A DNA stretch of 63,683 bases, counting the filler, from Licmophora abbreviata (taxonomy: Eukaryota), in assembly GCA_900291995.1 (NCBI GenBank). It is 11 parts of 11 records of this genome, joined end to end, with 100 filler letters (N's around TTAATTAATTAA, not from the genome) between each part and the next. Parts side by side here need not be neighbours in the genome. Positions count along the whole stretch, not along the records: positions 1 to 17,514 come from OLMU01003223.1; 10 more parts are not named here. One strand, written 5' to 3'. The notes under the pieces are model-generated. The model made no database searches, was not told where the DNA came from, and saw only the letters and a program-made list of their open reading frames with translations. Shown here piece after piece: positions 1-11,774 of this stretch (the first letter of the stretch is position 1; each line of letters begins with the position of its first letter). The position numbers and the translations under genes are program-made.

Positions 1-1845
1 CAGAGGCCGGTCTTGATAACTTACTAACTCGCATTGAGCGCATGTCTCATCGACTGGATCCACTGTTTGTCGACGTTACCTGGGGCTCAGCCGGATCAAC
101 CTCGGCACGAACCCTGGCAGTCGCATCGCACGCGCAACGCTACTGCGGTGACGATGTACTGATGCACTTGACCTGTACCGGAATGACACGACAGAAGCTG
201 ACACTTGCATTAGATCAAGCCAAGTCGTGTGGCGTACATAACATTCTGGCTCTTCGTGGAGATCCACCTCGTGGCAAACAGAGTTGGGTGCCGAACGATG
301 TTAGTGGCGGCGAGTGTGAAAGAGCGATTGATTTGGTGAAACTGATTCGCGAGTTGCACGGATCGTACTTTGGGATTGCGGTTGCGGGGCATCCGGAAGG
401 ACATCCCTCGTCGACATCTTTGGAAGAGGAAATGGTTCACTTGAAGGAAAAGATGGACGCAGGAGCCGACTTTATCATTACCCAGTTCTTTTATGATTCT
501 GACGTCTTTCTGAACTATGTCAAAAAGTGTCGACTGTATGGTATTGCATGTCCAATTCTTCCGGGCATCATGCCAATACAGAGCTACTACAGTTTTGTTC
601 GTATGACGTCTTATTGTGGGATATCCGTTCCGTCAAACATTATGGAGCGGTTGGAGCCGGTCAAGGACGACGACGAGGCTGTCAAAGATATCGGATGCGA
701 TATTGCCGTCGATATGTGTCGGCGCATTCTCAATGCAAGTCCCGAGCAGGGTGGTGTTGATGGAGTGCACTTTTACACATTGAATCTCGAAAGAAGCGCA
801 ACTCGGATCTTGATGAGCATGGGCGCGGTAGGAGTGATTACACCATCTTCTGCGGAGAACGGCACATCGTATCCCAACGACCAACAGGGGCAGATGGTAG
901 CGGAAGCAACGCCATCTACTACTACAACTGTACGCACCAGTGCAGGTCGCCAACTTCCATGGCGGCCGTCGGCCATGGAGAAGCGCTCTCACGAAGAAGT
1001 GCGGCCTATCAACTGGGCAAATCGGCCCAAGTCATACGTCATGCGCACCGAAGACTGGGACGAGTTTCCCAATGGACGTTGGGGCGACTCAACCTCACCA
1101 GCCTTTGGGGAACTTTCGGAGATGTCACATTTTTACTCCTTTTCGCTGGGCAGTGAGGAAGATCAAAGGGCAGTACTGGGCGAACGTCCAACTACGGAGC
1201 AAGATGTGTACGAGGTGTTTGCACGCTACGTGGAAGGCGACATCCCTCACATTCCATGGTGCGACACTCCTCTCCAGCCGGAGTCATACTTGATCAAGAG
1301 CCAACTTGCGACCCTGAATCGAGCTGGATTTCTGACGGTGAACAGCCAGCCGTCTGTCAATGGTGTAGCAAGTACACACGCTTCGTTTGGCTGGGGAGGC
1401 CCTGGGGGGTATGTGTACCAAAAGGCGTACTGCGAGTGCTTTGCAAGTCCTGAGGACACGAACCGATTAGTTGCGATGGTTTCCGAGCGTCCATCGATGA
1501 ACCTATACGCGGTGAACATTGCAGGTCAAGAACTACGAGTCGGCGTGGAGGAAGGTGGCGTGACGGCACTAACCTGGGGGGCGGTTTCCTAGTCGCGAGA
1601 TTCAGCAGCCGACAATATTTGATCCAGAAACGTTCCTGGTATGGGCTGAGGAGGCGTTTTCCTTATGGTCCACCATGTGGCTCAATTTATACGCAGTAGG
1701 GAGCGAAAGCTACGATCTCATCGACAACATCAAAGATACGTATTACTTGGTCGCACTTATTGATAATGACTTTACGAGTGCGCGAGAGGGAGATCATTCA
1801 AGACTCTGGGATGCAATGCTCGAAACGTCGAAGGTGCAGAAGTAA
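1..1845 (+). CDS. MTHFR: Methylenetetrahydrofolate reductase (eukaryotic, catalytic + regulatory domain); 5'-truncated by the window edge; apparent +1 frameshift at ~1576-1587
   Basis: Open from position 3 (EAGLDNLLTRIERM). Motifs FVDVTWG, MHLTC, NILALRGDPP, GADFIITQFFYD, HFYTLN, WDEFPNGRWGDS. The C-terminal FPSREIQQPTIFDPETFLVWAEEAFSLW continues in the +1 frame to TAA at 1843-1845. Confidence 0.96.
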
Positions 1846-2370
1846 AATAGAGCTATAACAGATGACAGTGTAAACGGCAATTGCAGCTTTTATTTGCAGC
1901 ATGCTCTCTACCTACAGTTAACAGTTACTTATGCTGTCGATAGCTTAAAGGTTGTTCAGTGTTACTAAGTGGCTCCTTCAGAGATCGATCTCTTCCCTCT
2001 CGCTTCCCCTTACGCTGCTCCGGAGATCACTGGGTGGATATCTGTTTTTCTCGTTTATATCGAAGCATCAAATGGTCGGAATAGCCATGGCTAGGGGGCT
2101 ACGGCGAGACCGCGAGGTTCCAAAAGTCATAGAGAGCACGAGCTCTCAGATGAGAAGAGTCCTACGTAGATAGGCACGTAGGAATTAGTACAATCTGAGG
2201 CAGTACAGTTCTACGCGAGAGTGACCGTAGACTCCTACCCATTCGAAGAAAATGTTACGATCGCACTTCTCGCTGCGAGCCACGATACCGATCGAAAGCC
2301 GTCGTTGCTTGATCGATAGCGCTCCAGTTGGAAGGGTTGCTTTGTCTTGTTTCTAATCTTTTTGATAAGT

Positions 2371-3258
2371 ATGGAGGTTGCATCACCATTGACTTTCAGT
2401 CAGAGCAAGGCGGGGGCGAAACGAGCGTTTGGCTGTTCTCCGCTTCTTGACTCGTCGAATTCCTCGGTCGTAGGAATGGAAGTGAGCGAAGATCACGCTC
2501 TCCCTTCCTCCAAGAGACGGCGTTTCAATGATACGCATGTAGATACTCCAGAGACTCATTCCACGCCCTCGTTCAATCCATTTGCGACGATGAATTGGCA
2601 ATCGAAGAGCCCCCATCATGGTCACACACACTCCAACGGTGAGTTCGCTTGAAAGCCTGCGAGGTCGGATCCGTGTCCATTAATGATCATGACGTCGATT
2701 ACTTATGGGCGCCCGGGGCTGCAGACACTTGAGGGTCGACATCACGTTTCGGAGATCTCTTTTCCCGTGTCTGATGTCCAACTGGAAATGTAGTGACTCC
2801 CTTTGCTTGTTGTCTTGTTTACTGACAACGCTATGTCTCTTGTGCACATTTCAGAGACATCGTTTAAGCGAAGCAGAACGGACGGCGAGTCTGCCCATTC
2901 CGAATTTGACGGGCGGGATCTGCGGGTGGTGGTTCAAGAGCAAGGTACCGAGATTGCCAGACTCAAGCAAGACAAGGCATCACTCGAAGCGTCGTCGAAC
3001 GAACTTAGAGGCGAGAATGAAAAGGTGGTGAACGAGAATCGAATCTTGAAGCGTGCCGTGGCGATTCAACAAGAGCGGCAGACTCATTCAGCGTCTCAAC
3101 TTGATGCGGCGGAGCGATACAAGGTTGACGCCGACGAGCGCATGCGCAAGCTGGAACAGATGATTCTTACTCTTCGCTATCATTTGCAAACACAGGGTAC
3201 CCATCCAGGAAACGATTTCATGGGGTTCACGCCGCGACCTCCTCCGGACGTCTACTAA
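2371..3258 (+). CDS. Conserved coiled-coil protein resembling the plant 'ubiquitin system component CUE' family C-terminus; 2 exons (intron 2639-2854)
   Basis: GTGAGT...TTTCAG intron joins the frames (..SN-E-TSFKR..). C-terminal ENRILKRAVAIQQERQ...LRYHL...PDVY matches the remembered plant family motif ENxILKRAVAIQHERQ...HL...PDVF. Confidence 0.7.
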
Positions 3259-3586
3259 TGAAGACGCATTCGGTACCTTGTATCTGGGGCTTTTGATTCA
3301 TTTAGAGAGATAGACCTGTGTTCATTCTATTATATAGCTCGTCTGCTTGACAGTTCGACTGAAATATCACGGCGCCCAGTATTCGCATCAGGTCTGTTTG
3401 TCCTAAACTGTAGACTAAACTTCTCCTGGTTCAACGAGAGTCGGCTCTCGAGCTAGAGTAGAAACTCTGATAGCGAAAACGTGACGACGACCAAGCAGGA
3501 ACGTTCGGACATAACGGTCATTTGATTTAGACATAGTAGACATGCATGTTAGGATGATAAAGGAATAGTAGGGATAGAAAAGACAA

Positions 3587-4935
3587 TCACTCTTCGTCCG
3601 AGTCACTTTCATCGTCACTGTCAGCTTCCTGCAACCAAACGACGACAGGCTCCGCCTCGCCACGAATAATCGCACGCGTCTCCTCGTCGACCGCCTCGAG
3701 GGTGTACTCGTTTCGACCTTCCGTCGCCCACTCGAGGACCACGTCCTCTTCAAGGGCGTCCTGATCATAGAGCTGTTTCAATAGGACGGGAAAGTTCTTT
3801 GGTTTGTCGATACAGATCAACTCGAGCGCGGCAATCAAGTGACGTTCCATAATGAGCTTGCCATTTGTGACCTTGGAGATTGCAGGAGCATACTTTTCGA
3901 CTTCATTGTCCTTGAAGAAATGAGGCGTGATGGCGGCGCGGATGAGAATGTGAATCTTGTCGTGCGACTTGAGGGCCGACGCCATTTGCTGGTTCGTGAC
4001 AACTTCGACAATGTCGTCATCCGATGCGTCGGGGTTCTCGTCGAGGTACTTGCGGGTGGCTTCGATAGCGAGCACTGACGGTTCACGATCACGAAGGCGA
4101 GAAGGCAAATAATCGGGTAAGTCTCACATGTTCAACACAAGAAAATAGATATGGCGAGGAGCGCGCTCGCGATTGAGGACTTACAAAGCGCTCCAGCGTC
4201 GTCGACGACATCTTCCGATTCAACTGATAGGTCATCCTCGCCGTCGCCAAACTCGTCCGCTTCCTTCTTTCCAAACATGGCGTCAGCCAGGTAGTTATCG
4301 TCGCCGTTAGCCGACTTGTCCTTTTCCTTTTTCTCTTTCTTCTTGTCTTTCTTCTTCTTGTCTTTCTTTTTCTTCTTGTCGTCGTCGCTTCCGCTGTCCT
4401 TATCCTTCTTTGCCTTTTTGGACTTCTTATTGTCGCCATCCTTGCCCTTTCCTTTTTTCGACTTGGCTTCCTTCTTTGCCTTTTTGTCCTGTGAAAGAAT
4501 GAAGGTACAGAGTTTGTGGCTCATATCAACCATCTCTTTCGCTCCACAGGCCGCACACTTGTGGTAGATGATTTCGCTCTTGATCTTGTAGTCCGATTCG
4601 GGCAATCCACAGTTGGGACAGAGCACAAAGATATCAATGTAACGTTTGATCAGATTCTGCAAAGTCATATCGGTATGAGCACCATTGACAACGGCGCGAT
4701 CCGTTTCGACCGAGTAAGTCGTCTGTGCACCCAACTCGCATCCAAAGAACTTGTTGACTTCAGCAGGTCCTCGATGCAAGGATGTGGCGACATCAGAAAT
4801 GTTTGGAATGACAGTCTTGATGCCATTGCCGCGGCCTTCGATTTTTCCAAAGACAACCGGCATCTTATAACGATATTCGGGATCATCGATCGGCGTTGCG
4901 CCGGCAATGTTGACGACAGATCCTGGGCGAGACAT
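3587..4935 (-). CDS. EIF5: Eukaryotic translation initiation factor 5; 2 exons (intron 4075-4184)
   Basis: DDPEYRYKMP, KIEGRGNGIKTVIPN, KFFGCELGAQT, CPNCGLPE...CAACG zinc ribbon, Lys-rich linker, W2 domain ending in WLQEADSDDESDSDEE. GTAAG...CAG intron restores frame. Confidence 0.96.
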
Positions 4936-5705
4936 GGCTACTATTAGTAGTGGCGATTGTAAGCGTTAGCTGTTCGTATCCTGATGGACACCCCAGAAGA
5001 GAGGAGAGACGCGTGGGTAGGCTGAAGATGCAATCTTGGCGGAATCCGACACTGAGAACGCGTCGGCAAGGATGAGAGACGGAGCGATGGTGGAAATCGT
5101 GTAGTCGTTGTCGTAAAAGTATCGCAGACACTCGTGCTATGTGTGACTGCGAACTGATGTTCTCGTGGATTCCGAGTAAGGTCGAAAATGATGCTGTCTA
5201 GGCTGAATGGGAGACGCAGGGAGCTCTGGGACATGAACTAGGTCTGTCGGAGAAGGCAATCGTTGAATATTGTACGAAGGGGGGCAGAAAGTGCGATGTG
5301 GCTGAATCTGGAGACAGTTTGTGTCTTGTTTGGCGTGTGTCATCGCTATGCGTGCGAGAGCTTTTGAGGACCACTCATCCCATCGTGTGGTGGTGACGAA
5401 ACCTCGCGTTTCAAACACGAACGCGCGCCAAACCGAAGGCACCATAGGCGAAAAACGTCATTGATGACCTTTTACTTAATCTGAAATGCCACTGACATTT
5501 CGGAACTAGTTTCCTTGGAACGACCAAGAGAGTTTGCAAAAGTTCAAAAGTTCGGCGCCGGAGCAAAGAGTGAAGTTGCTTGCGTTGCACAACAAACAGA
5601 AACCTGAGGCTGTGACGGCAACACGATAACGAAGATCAAATAGAGCATTGTGTTTCAGCTACTGAGCACGGCAAATTGAGGGCGTCAACAGCGAGTACTG
5701 AAAGA

Positions 5706-6454
5706 ATGGCAGAGTATGGAACAGAGCTTTTGAGGCGCCAGCTGAATGGTAAGACTTCGCTGGCCAATGATGGCATTTCGTTCGTGTAGTCGGCGGTATA
5801 GTCGTTGTGCCGTGTTTTCGGCGTTGGCGAGCTTGAATTATGTGCCCTCTCGCTGGCCTCGTTTTATCGTGTCACAATATATGATCCTGGCTCCGTCGAA
5901 TGAACTCGCTTGGCCTGCACAGATACTTATTGCTGGACAGCCAACTCATAACTCGCTCCTGTTGCTCGACCGTATTCTACTGCGCCTCCCCAGATCTGGC
6001 CAAGAATCCCATTGACTTGGTTTCCGTGGGTCTTGCAGACGATTCCAACCTGTTTGAGTGGGAGATTCTTGTCATGGGACCTGACGGGACGCTCTACGAA
6101 GGAGGTTTCTTCAAAGCGCGTCTCTCTTTTCCTGCCGACTTTCCCAATATGCCTCCTACCATGACCTTCACCTCCGAGATGTGGCATCCCAACGTCTACG
6201 AAGATGGAAGAGTTTGCATCTCTATTCTTCATCCTCCGGGAGAGGATGCGATGAATTCCCAGGAGAGTGCCGATGAGCGGTGGCGACCAATTCTTGGCGT
6301 CGAACAAATCCTTGTCTCGGTGATTTCCATTCTTTCCGATCCCAACGACGAGAGTCCAGCGAACATCGATGCAGCAGTCATGTGGCGCAATGACCGCACC
6401 GCTTTCAAAAAGAAAGTACGACAAACAGTTCGAAAGAGCCAGGAAGAGTGTTAA
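5706..6454 (+). CDS. Ubiquitin-conjugating enzyme E2, UBE2G1/Ubc7/Cdc34 class with acidic loop; 2 exons (intron 5749-5993)
   Basis: Exon 1 MAEYGTELLRRQLN, then GTAAG...CCCCAG. HPNVYEDGRVCISILHPPGED...ERWRP carries the catalytic Cys and the acidic-loop insertion. Confidence 0.95.
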
Positions 6455-7217
6455 GACCGGTATTATTAGCTACTACTTTTTGGTATGTGGAGTCGTCCAT
6501 CGTTGAGTATGAACGCAGTGACCGGAGCGTATCATCTGGTAGTCGGCGGATGTGTAAGGAGATCATCCTGCTCACACTTGCCGATCGGGAAATGCTAGTA
6601 ACATTAAAGGTCATGTAGACAGGCGGAAACACTGTGCGAGTAGCGAAATGCTCTGTGTGCTGTTTGACAGATGGCAGGTGACTATTACAGCCACGACTCT
6701 GCACCGAAGGCGAGTTTGAAATAGATCCTTGATGCTACCATACCGCCAACTACAATGGTCGACGTGATCGTAACCGATAGCGTGTATCGCATGTTGTCTT
6801 CGCAATTTAGGAGAAGCTCGTGCTGAATGTCTAGTTTGCGCAACGCAAGGTGCCGTCTGGAGGCTACAAATATAAATGGCATATGAGCAGTCTACCTATA
6901 TAGGTACATGCCGAGTCTGATGCCAACCAAACTTGCCTGACCTACCGTACCTGGTATGGAGCTAAGGTTAGAAGCTTATACACCTCCGACCTCTGATGGG
7001 CGCCAGACTACCATAGGTTTACTAATAGACCATTGTCTAATAGCGCGCTTTGTCCATGAATCGAATGAATCCATTGGCGCGGCGTGGCGGCGTAGAGACC
7101 GCCCCTCTGGTCCGACACGACGAGCGACCACTGTTATCATCATTCATCATCGGTGGCAGCGAAGCAAGCGAAGGCCTCAAACACACACCGCGCTTGATAT
7201 CACTCGTATCCTAAACG

Positions 7218-7826
7218 ATGAGCTTATCTGAAGACGAAGCGATGCAAGAGATTGCTTTTGTGGACGAGGAAACGGAGGGGCAGATTGAGGACGGTGACCA
7301 TGGCGACGCAGACTCTCACGCTGCCGTGGTTGCCGTGGCGACTGAAGATACGGCGGACACGCCTGGACATGCCGATGAAGATAGTGGAACGCAAAACACG
7401 GGAAAGGACGACGATGAAGAAATGAAAAGCGTCGCGACCGTCAAATCGGAACTGACGCATGACGACGACGATGACGAGGCTTCCCATAGCAAGAAGGCGA
7501 CACCATCATCCGCGGCGAAGAAGAAGTCTCCGAAGCGAAAATCACACGGCAGTGCCAAAAAAGCGAGATCGCCTGCCGTCAAGGGACTTCACATCCCGTT
7601 CCGGTCAGTGAAGAGGACAATGAAGTTAGATCCTGGCGTTGCCACTGTACAGAATGAAGCTGCAATCTTGACGACACTTGCAGCCGAACTCTTCGTGAAG
7701 AATCTCGCGAAAGAGAGTTTGCAGACGGCCAAGTCTCACGGCAGACACACAATCCGATACGAAGATGTCGCCGAGGCCAGAACAAAAGATCCTGCAATGT
7801 CCTTTCTAGATATTCTGATGCCCTAA
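7218..7826 (+). CDS. Histone-fold protein (NF-YC/POLE4/CHRAC-like) with acidic N-terminal extension
   Basis: IPFRSVKRTMKLDP...AAELFVKNLA...RHTIRYEDVAEA...FLDILMP is an H2A-type histone fold. Confidence 0.85.
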   Translation: MSLSEDEAMQEIAFVDEETEGQIEDGDHGDADSHAAVVAVATEDTADTPGHADEDSGTQNTGKDDDEEMKSVATVKSELTHDDDDDEASHSKKATPSSAAKKKSPKRKSHGSAKKARSPAVKGLHIPFRSVKRTMKLDPGVATVQNEAAILTTLAAELFVKNLAKESLQTAKSHGRHTIRYEDVAEARTKDPAMSFLDILMP

Positions 7827-8044
7827 GTAAAATAGTGAGTGCGCTTTCTATGCGTCCCTATTTGTGTCACTCCACTACTAGTCCCGGAGAGCAGGTATTG
7901 CTCCTCCAACTTCACGATCTATTTGTCAATGGTGCCCCGTCAACGACCAGTGCGTTGAATACGGTTACCAAGTACTCGTCCGTTGTCAGTGACCAACTCT
8001 TCTTTCCCGGTGTGATCTCTTCAACTATAGAGCAAAGCTCGTGT

Positions 8045-9012
8045 CTAGTCATACACCCGAAGAGCAGATCCCCTCCGAGCGACAGAATCTTCCGACTCCC
8101 GCAAGGCATTTGGTACACAGACAGGCACAATGACGGGCGCAACGATGTTTCCGCGCCTCGCTCCTATATGAAGGTCCAAGAATTCAATCAATTTGTCGAC
8201 AAAGGCCCCTGTCGGGCGGAGGAGCGCTTCGATATTATTATGCCCGGCACCCTCTACCCAGAAAGGTTTCGCGCGCCAATTTTGCGGTAATGCCATGAAC
8301 AGGTCTTCACCATGCCAGAACGGGACAACTTCGTCTTGCGTACCGTGAACAATGAACACGGGACAGGAAATGTGTGGCGCGTAGTCGAGATTCGGAAAGC
8401 TGCGGTGGTGGGATCAGAGATTACACGGTAAGAACATGGACGAGCGAGTGCCGATGAATCGAGGGGTCTATGTACATTCGATTTGTCATTCAAGACGTAC
8501 CGATCTCCCGCCATGGTGAATCGAAAGTTAAAGGCAACACGATACGCGCTGAGCAAAGGACTTTGTAGAATGACACCCCCCACGCTGCGACCTTCTTCTG
8601 CCGTCTTCTTTGCGAGAAAACAGGATGGTCCTGACCCCAGCGATCTTCCATATAGCACAATCTGCTCGGGCTGCAACCGTCGCGTCTCCAGCAAGTACTT
8701 GTAGGCTGCGAGAATGTCGGCATAGCAGTACTCCTCGCAAGGCGTCCCGTTGGACTTGCCGTAGCCTGTGTAATCGTATGCCATAATGTTGACTCGAAGC
8801 ACACGTGCGAGATCGCTGAACCAGTCGTAAATCATGCCGAGATCTTCGGCGTTGCCGTGGGAAAATAAAATGGTGACTTGCGCATTCGGTCTCTCGATGA
8901 AGAAGGCCGGAATGCGGCTTCCGAACGAGTTCTCCAGCCAGAAATGCCGCGAGGGATGTAGATACGTCGGCGGCGGTGGCTGAAACAGCAGTGAGCTTAT
9001 CGCTTCTCCCAT
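8045..9012 (-). CDS. ABHD17-like alpha/beta hydrolase (putative depalmitoylase); 2 exons (intron 8400-8500)
   Basis: ILFSHGNAEDLG, YDYTGYG, GRSLGSGP nucleophile elbow, HGTQDEVV, GAGHNNIE. GTACGT...CGCAG intron restores frame. Confidence 0.93.
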
Positions 9013-9411
9013 GGTACTACTGTATAGCAACGTGCAAGGTTGGTCAAAAACCTGTCTCGAACAAACCAACGAAGCGACAAGGACTGCGGCTCCAACACGG
9101 GACTGTGTCTTGGTGGACCTTCGCCAAAACGGATATGCTGCGGCTCATCTCGCCGTCTGTGTGTGATCATCCAAAAGTCTGACAGAGTTTTGAGGAGACG
9201 GACAGACGCCTCAGTCATTGGTAATATATGTAATAACGCATGTATATTATGATTGATTCAAACTATATCATGACACTTCTGGGCGTTTTGAACTGGATAC
9301 CGTCGAGCGTCGACAGTGCAGCAAAGCTCTCGTCGTCATCAATCCATGGCGGTGCGAAGAGACAAAGCCTGAGTGTACTTCCAGCGTAGATCGAATGCCG
9401 TTCAGTGCAGC

Positions 9412-11705
9412 ATGACTGGACCGTCGACCCATCGTTCGTCGCAAGGGTCGATTCCGCTCTTCTCGCCCACGCAAGCAGCGCCATTTGGAGAGCATGTCTT
9501 GCACTCGATCTTTTCCCCGACCTTTCGCGGCGGCATAACATCGGCGACCATGAAGCAAAAGTACGACAACGTGACTCGTCAAAGAGTGAAGAAAGATCGA
9601 GTCAAGCAAGCGGCAAAGCGATTGACGGTCAAAACACCCTCTCCCATGCAGTCGCTTCGTCGCCCTCCCAAGGACCTCTTGGACTTCGGATCGCCCATTG
9701 ACCACTTGAATCCACCAGAACCGTCCGCGACGAAGCCGCTCTTTGGCTCTTCGGAAAGAACTTGGGAACCACCTTACGTTTCTCACTCCAAGTCTTCTCC
9801 TGGCGCGCCTTCGCCGCCTCTCGCCGTGCTGAGTCCACTCTCTTTCATGTCGCCCTTATCCAAGACCAACTCGTCTGATTCGACGCAGCCGTCACTGACC
9901 ATGGACAAGCTCAGCTTTGATTACGTATCGAGCAGTGTTTCTATTGAAGATCTAGAACAAGTCGTTGCAGCCTTGAGTGCCAGTACTCCACGCCAGTATC
10001 CCTCGCTGCTCCGTTCCGCCAAGAAGAGACTGAGCGTACTTCGTGAGTCTTCGCCGAGCAGTAATAGTAGCAACGACGAACGCGAACAAAACGCTGCGCC
10101 ACGGGTGCGCTTTGCGGAAATACTCACACTTTCACCTGCAAAGTCAGCGATTGAATCTCCGGGAATAGTTTCTGTGCCATCAAACGACACTGCATCCTTG
10201 GCCATGTCTTTCTCTGAATCATCTGTGGAAGGGCATGAGGATCTCTTGCCGGACCAGTCTCCTGTCGTCATCGAAGAGGATGAACTGTCTGCAGGCAATT
10301 CACATGAGCCAGAGGCTCCTGGGAAGCAGCTTTGGGTTAAACTGCAAGCGTTAGAGATGACAAAAATTGCAGCGGAGCATGACCTTGAGGTTCTCACGAA
10401 GGAACTCGCCACGTCGACTGCCGAGATCGAAACGGTTGCGATGTCGCTAGCTTGTGCTGAACGAGAGAACGATGGCCTTCGAGATCGATTGCTCGAAAAG
10501 GAGTCGAACCTTAAGGAAACACGCATACGCGAGGGGGGCCTACTACAAACTGTCTCTCGGCTTTCGGACGAACTCGAAAAATCACGAGCCATTGCGGAAG
10601 AGATGAGCGAGAACATCGAATCGCGTGTTCGAAGACGTTATGAGGATGACGTGTTGCGATTGCGTCACAGAGTGTCCAAGCTGACCGCAAATCTAGATGA
10701 GGCGCGCCGCACCCTTGGTAGCGTGAAGGACGAGCGAAACGAAATGCTCAAGGCAATCCAATCGGCGATGGGAAAACCGACAGACAAGGTACGTGCCACT
10801 ACGAGTAATCCTCTTCGCCCATTTGTTATTGTGGCTCATTCGGTGTTTTGTTGATATGCTACTTTGGACGACCAGATCGAGACCTACTCCAAGGAAGACA
10901 GAATGGGCGTCTTAAAAAATATGGCAGAGACAATCCTAGCGTCGCAAGCTGCGTCAGAATCTCTTTCCAAGACCCTAGCATCGATAAGGCGCGATCAAAA
11001 GCACACACTCTCGGTACGTCACGGGCAGACACACGACGTTGGGTGCGCCATCTTCTTTGTTTGCGTTCTCTCATCTTTGTGTTGTCATTTGTAACAAAGG
11101 CTAAACTGTCGTCCGATCGGGACCTAAAAGCATCGAAGACCATTGTCAGGCAACTGGAGCTCCAGAATATTGAGCTCGTGAATCGCCTGGAGAAGGTTCC
11201 CGTTGTACCAGAGAAATTCAAGAAGTGGGAACTGAAGGAGGCTGAATACAAGTCGACTATTCGATCGCTCAGGTCTCAGATAAGAAACGGCGAGGCTATG
11301 GTGTCGATGGCGCTGTACCGAAGGGCCATTAGTGAGTCCCGTGCCAGGACCCTGGAATGCAGCGAGAAAAAGAACGAAGTTCAAGCTCTGTCCGCAAAGC
11401 TCGCTTCGCTTCAGCGACAAGCCAAGAATCAAGCGACCAGCACGGCAGACGCACGGGGCAAGTACAACTTCACTCACGGACGGGTGGCGAGGATTTCGCC
11501 CATTGACACAGACGATAAGTCTGTCACCAATCAACAGAAGGCTCCACCGCCCCCACCCCCGCGAGGCAACAAAAGTCCAGTCACACCGAAGCTTTCGTAT
11601 CGGCTGACAGCGGTTCGAGACGCAGGAGGAAAGGCAGGTCTACGAGCCAAGCTGCAACGGATTCGTAGATCACCCCTGACTCGAAAGATGAACGCAGTGA
11701 CCTGA
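9412..11705 (+). CDS. Uncharacterised coiled-coil protein, 3 exons (introns ~10789-10875 and ~11014-11099); start codon uncertain
   Basis: Long ORFs joined by GTACGT...AG introns; heptad-rich helical middle; C-terminal polyproline KAPPPPPPR. Confidence 0.7.
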
Positions 11706-11774
11706 GAGGAGCAGCTGGAATGTCTATCATACCCAACGCAAATTCTTAGTATCACAATTTACCCCTTAGATCGC

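Noticed and set aside
4316..4490. CT-rich microsatellite-like tract and a Phe-rich + strand ORF
   Set aside because: It is the antisense of the Lys/Asp-rich linker of eIF5.
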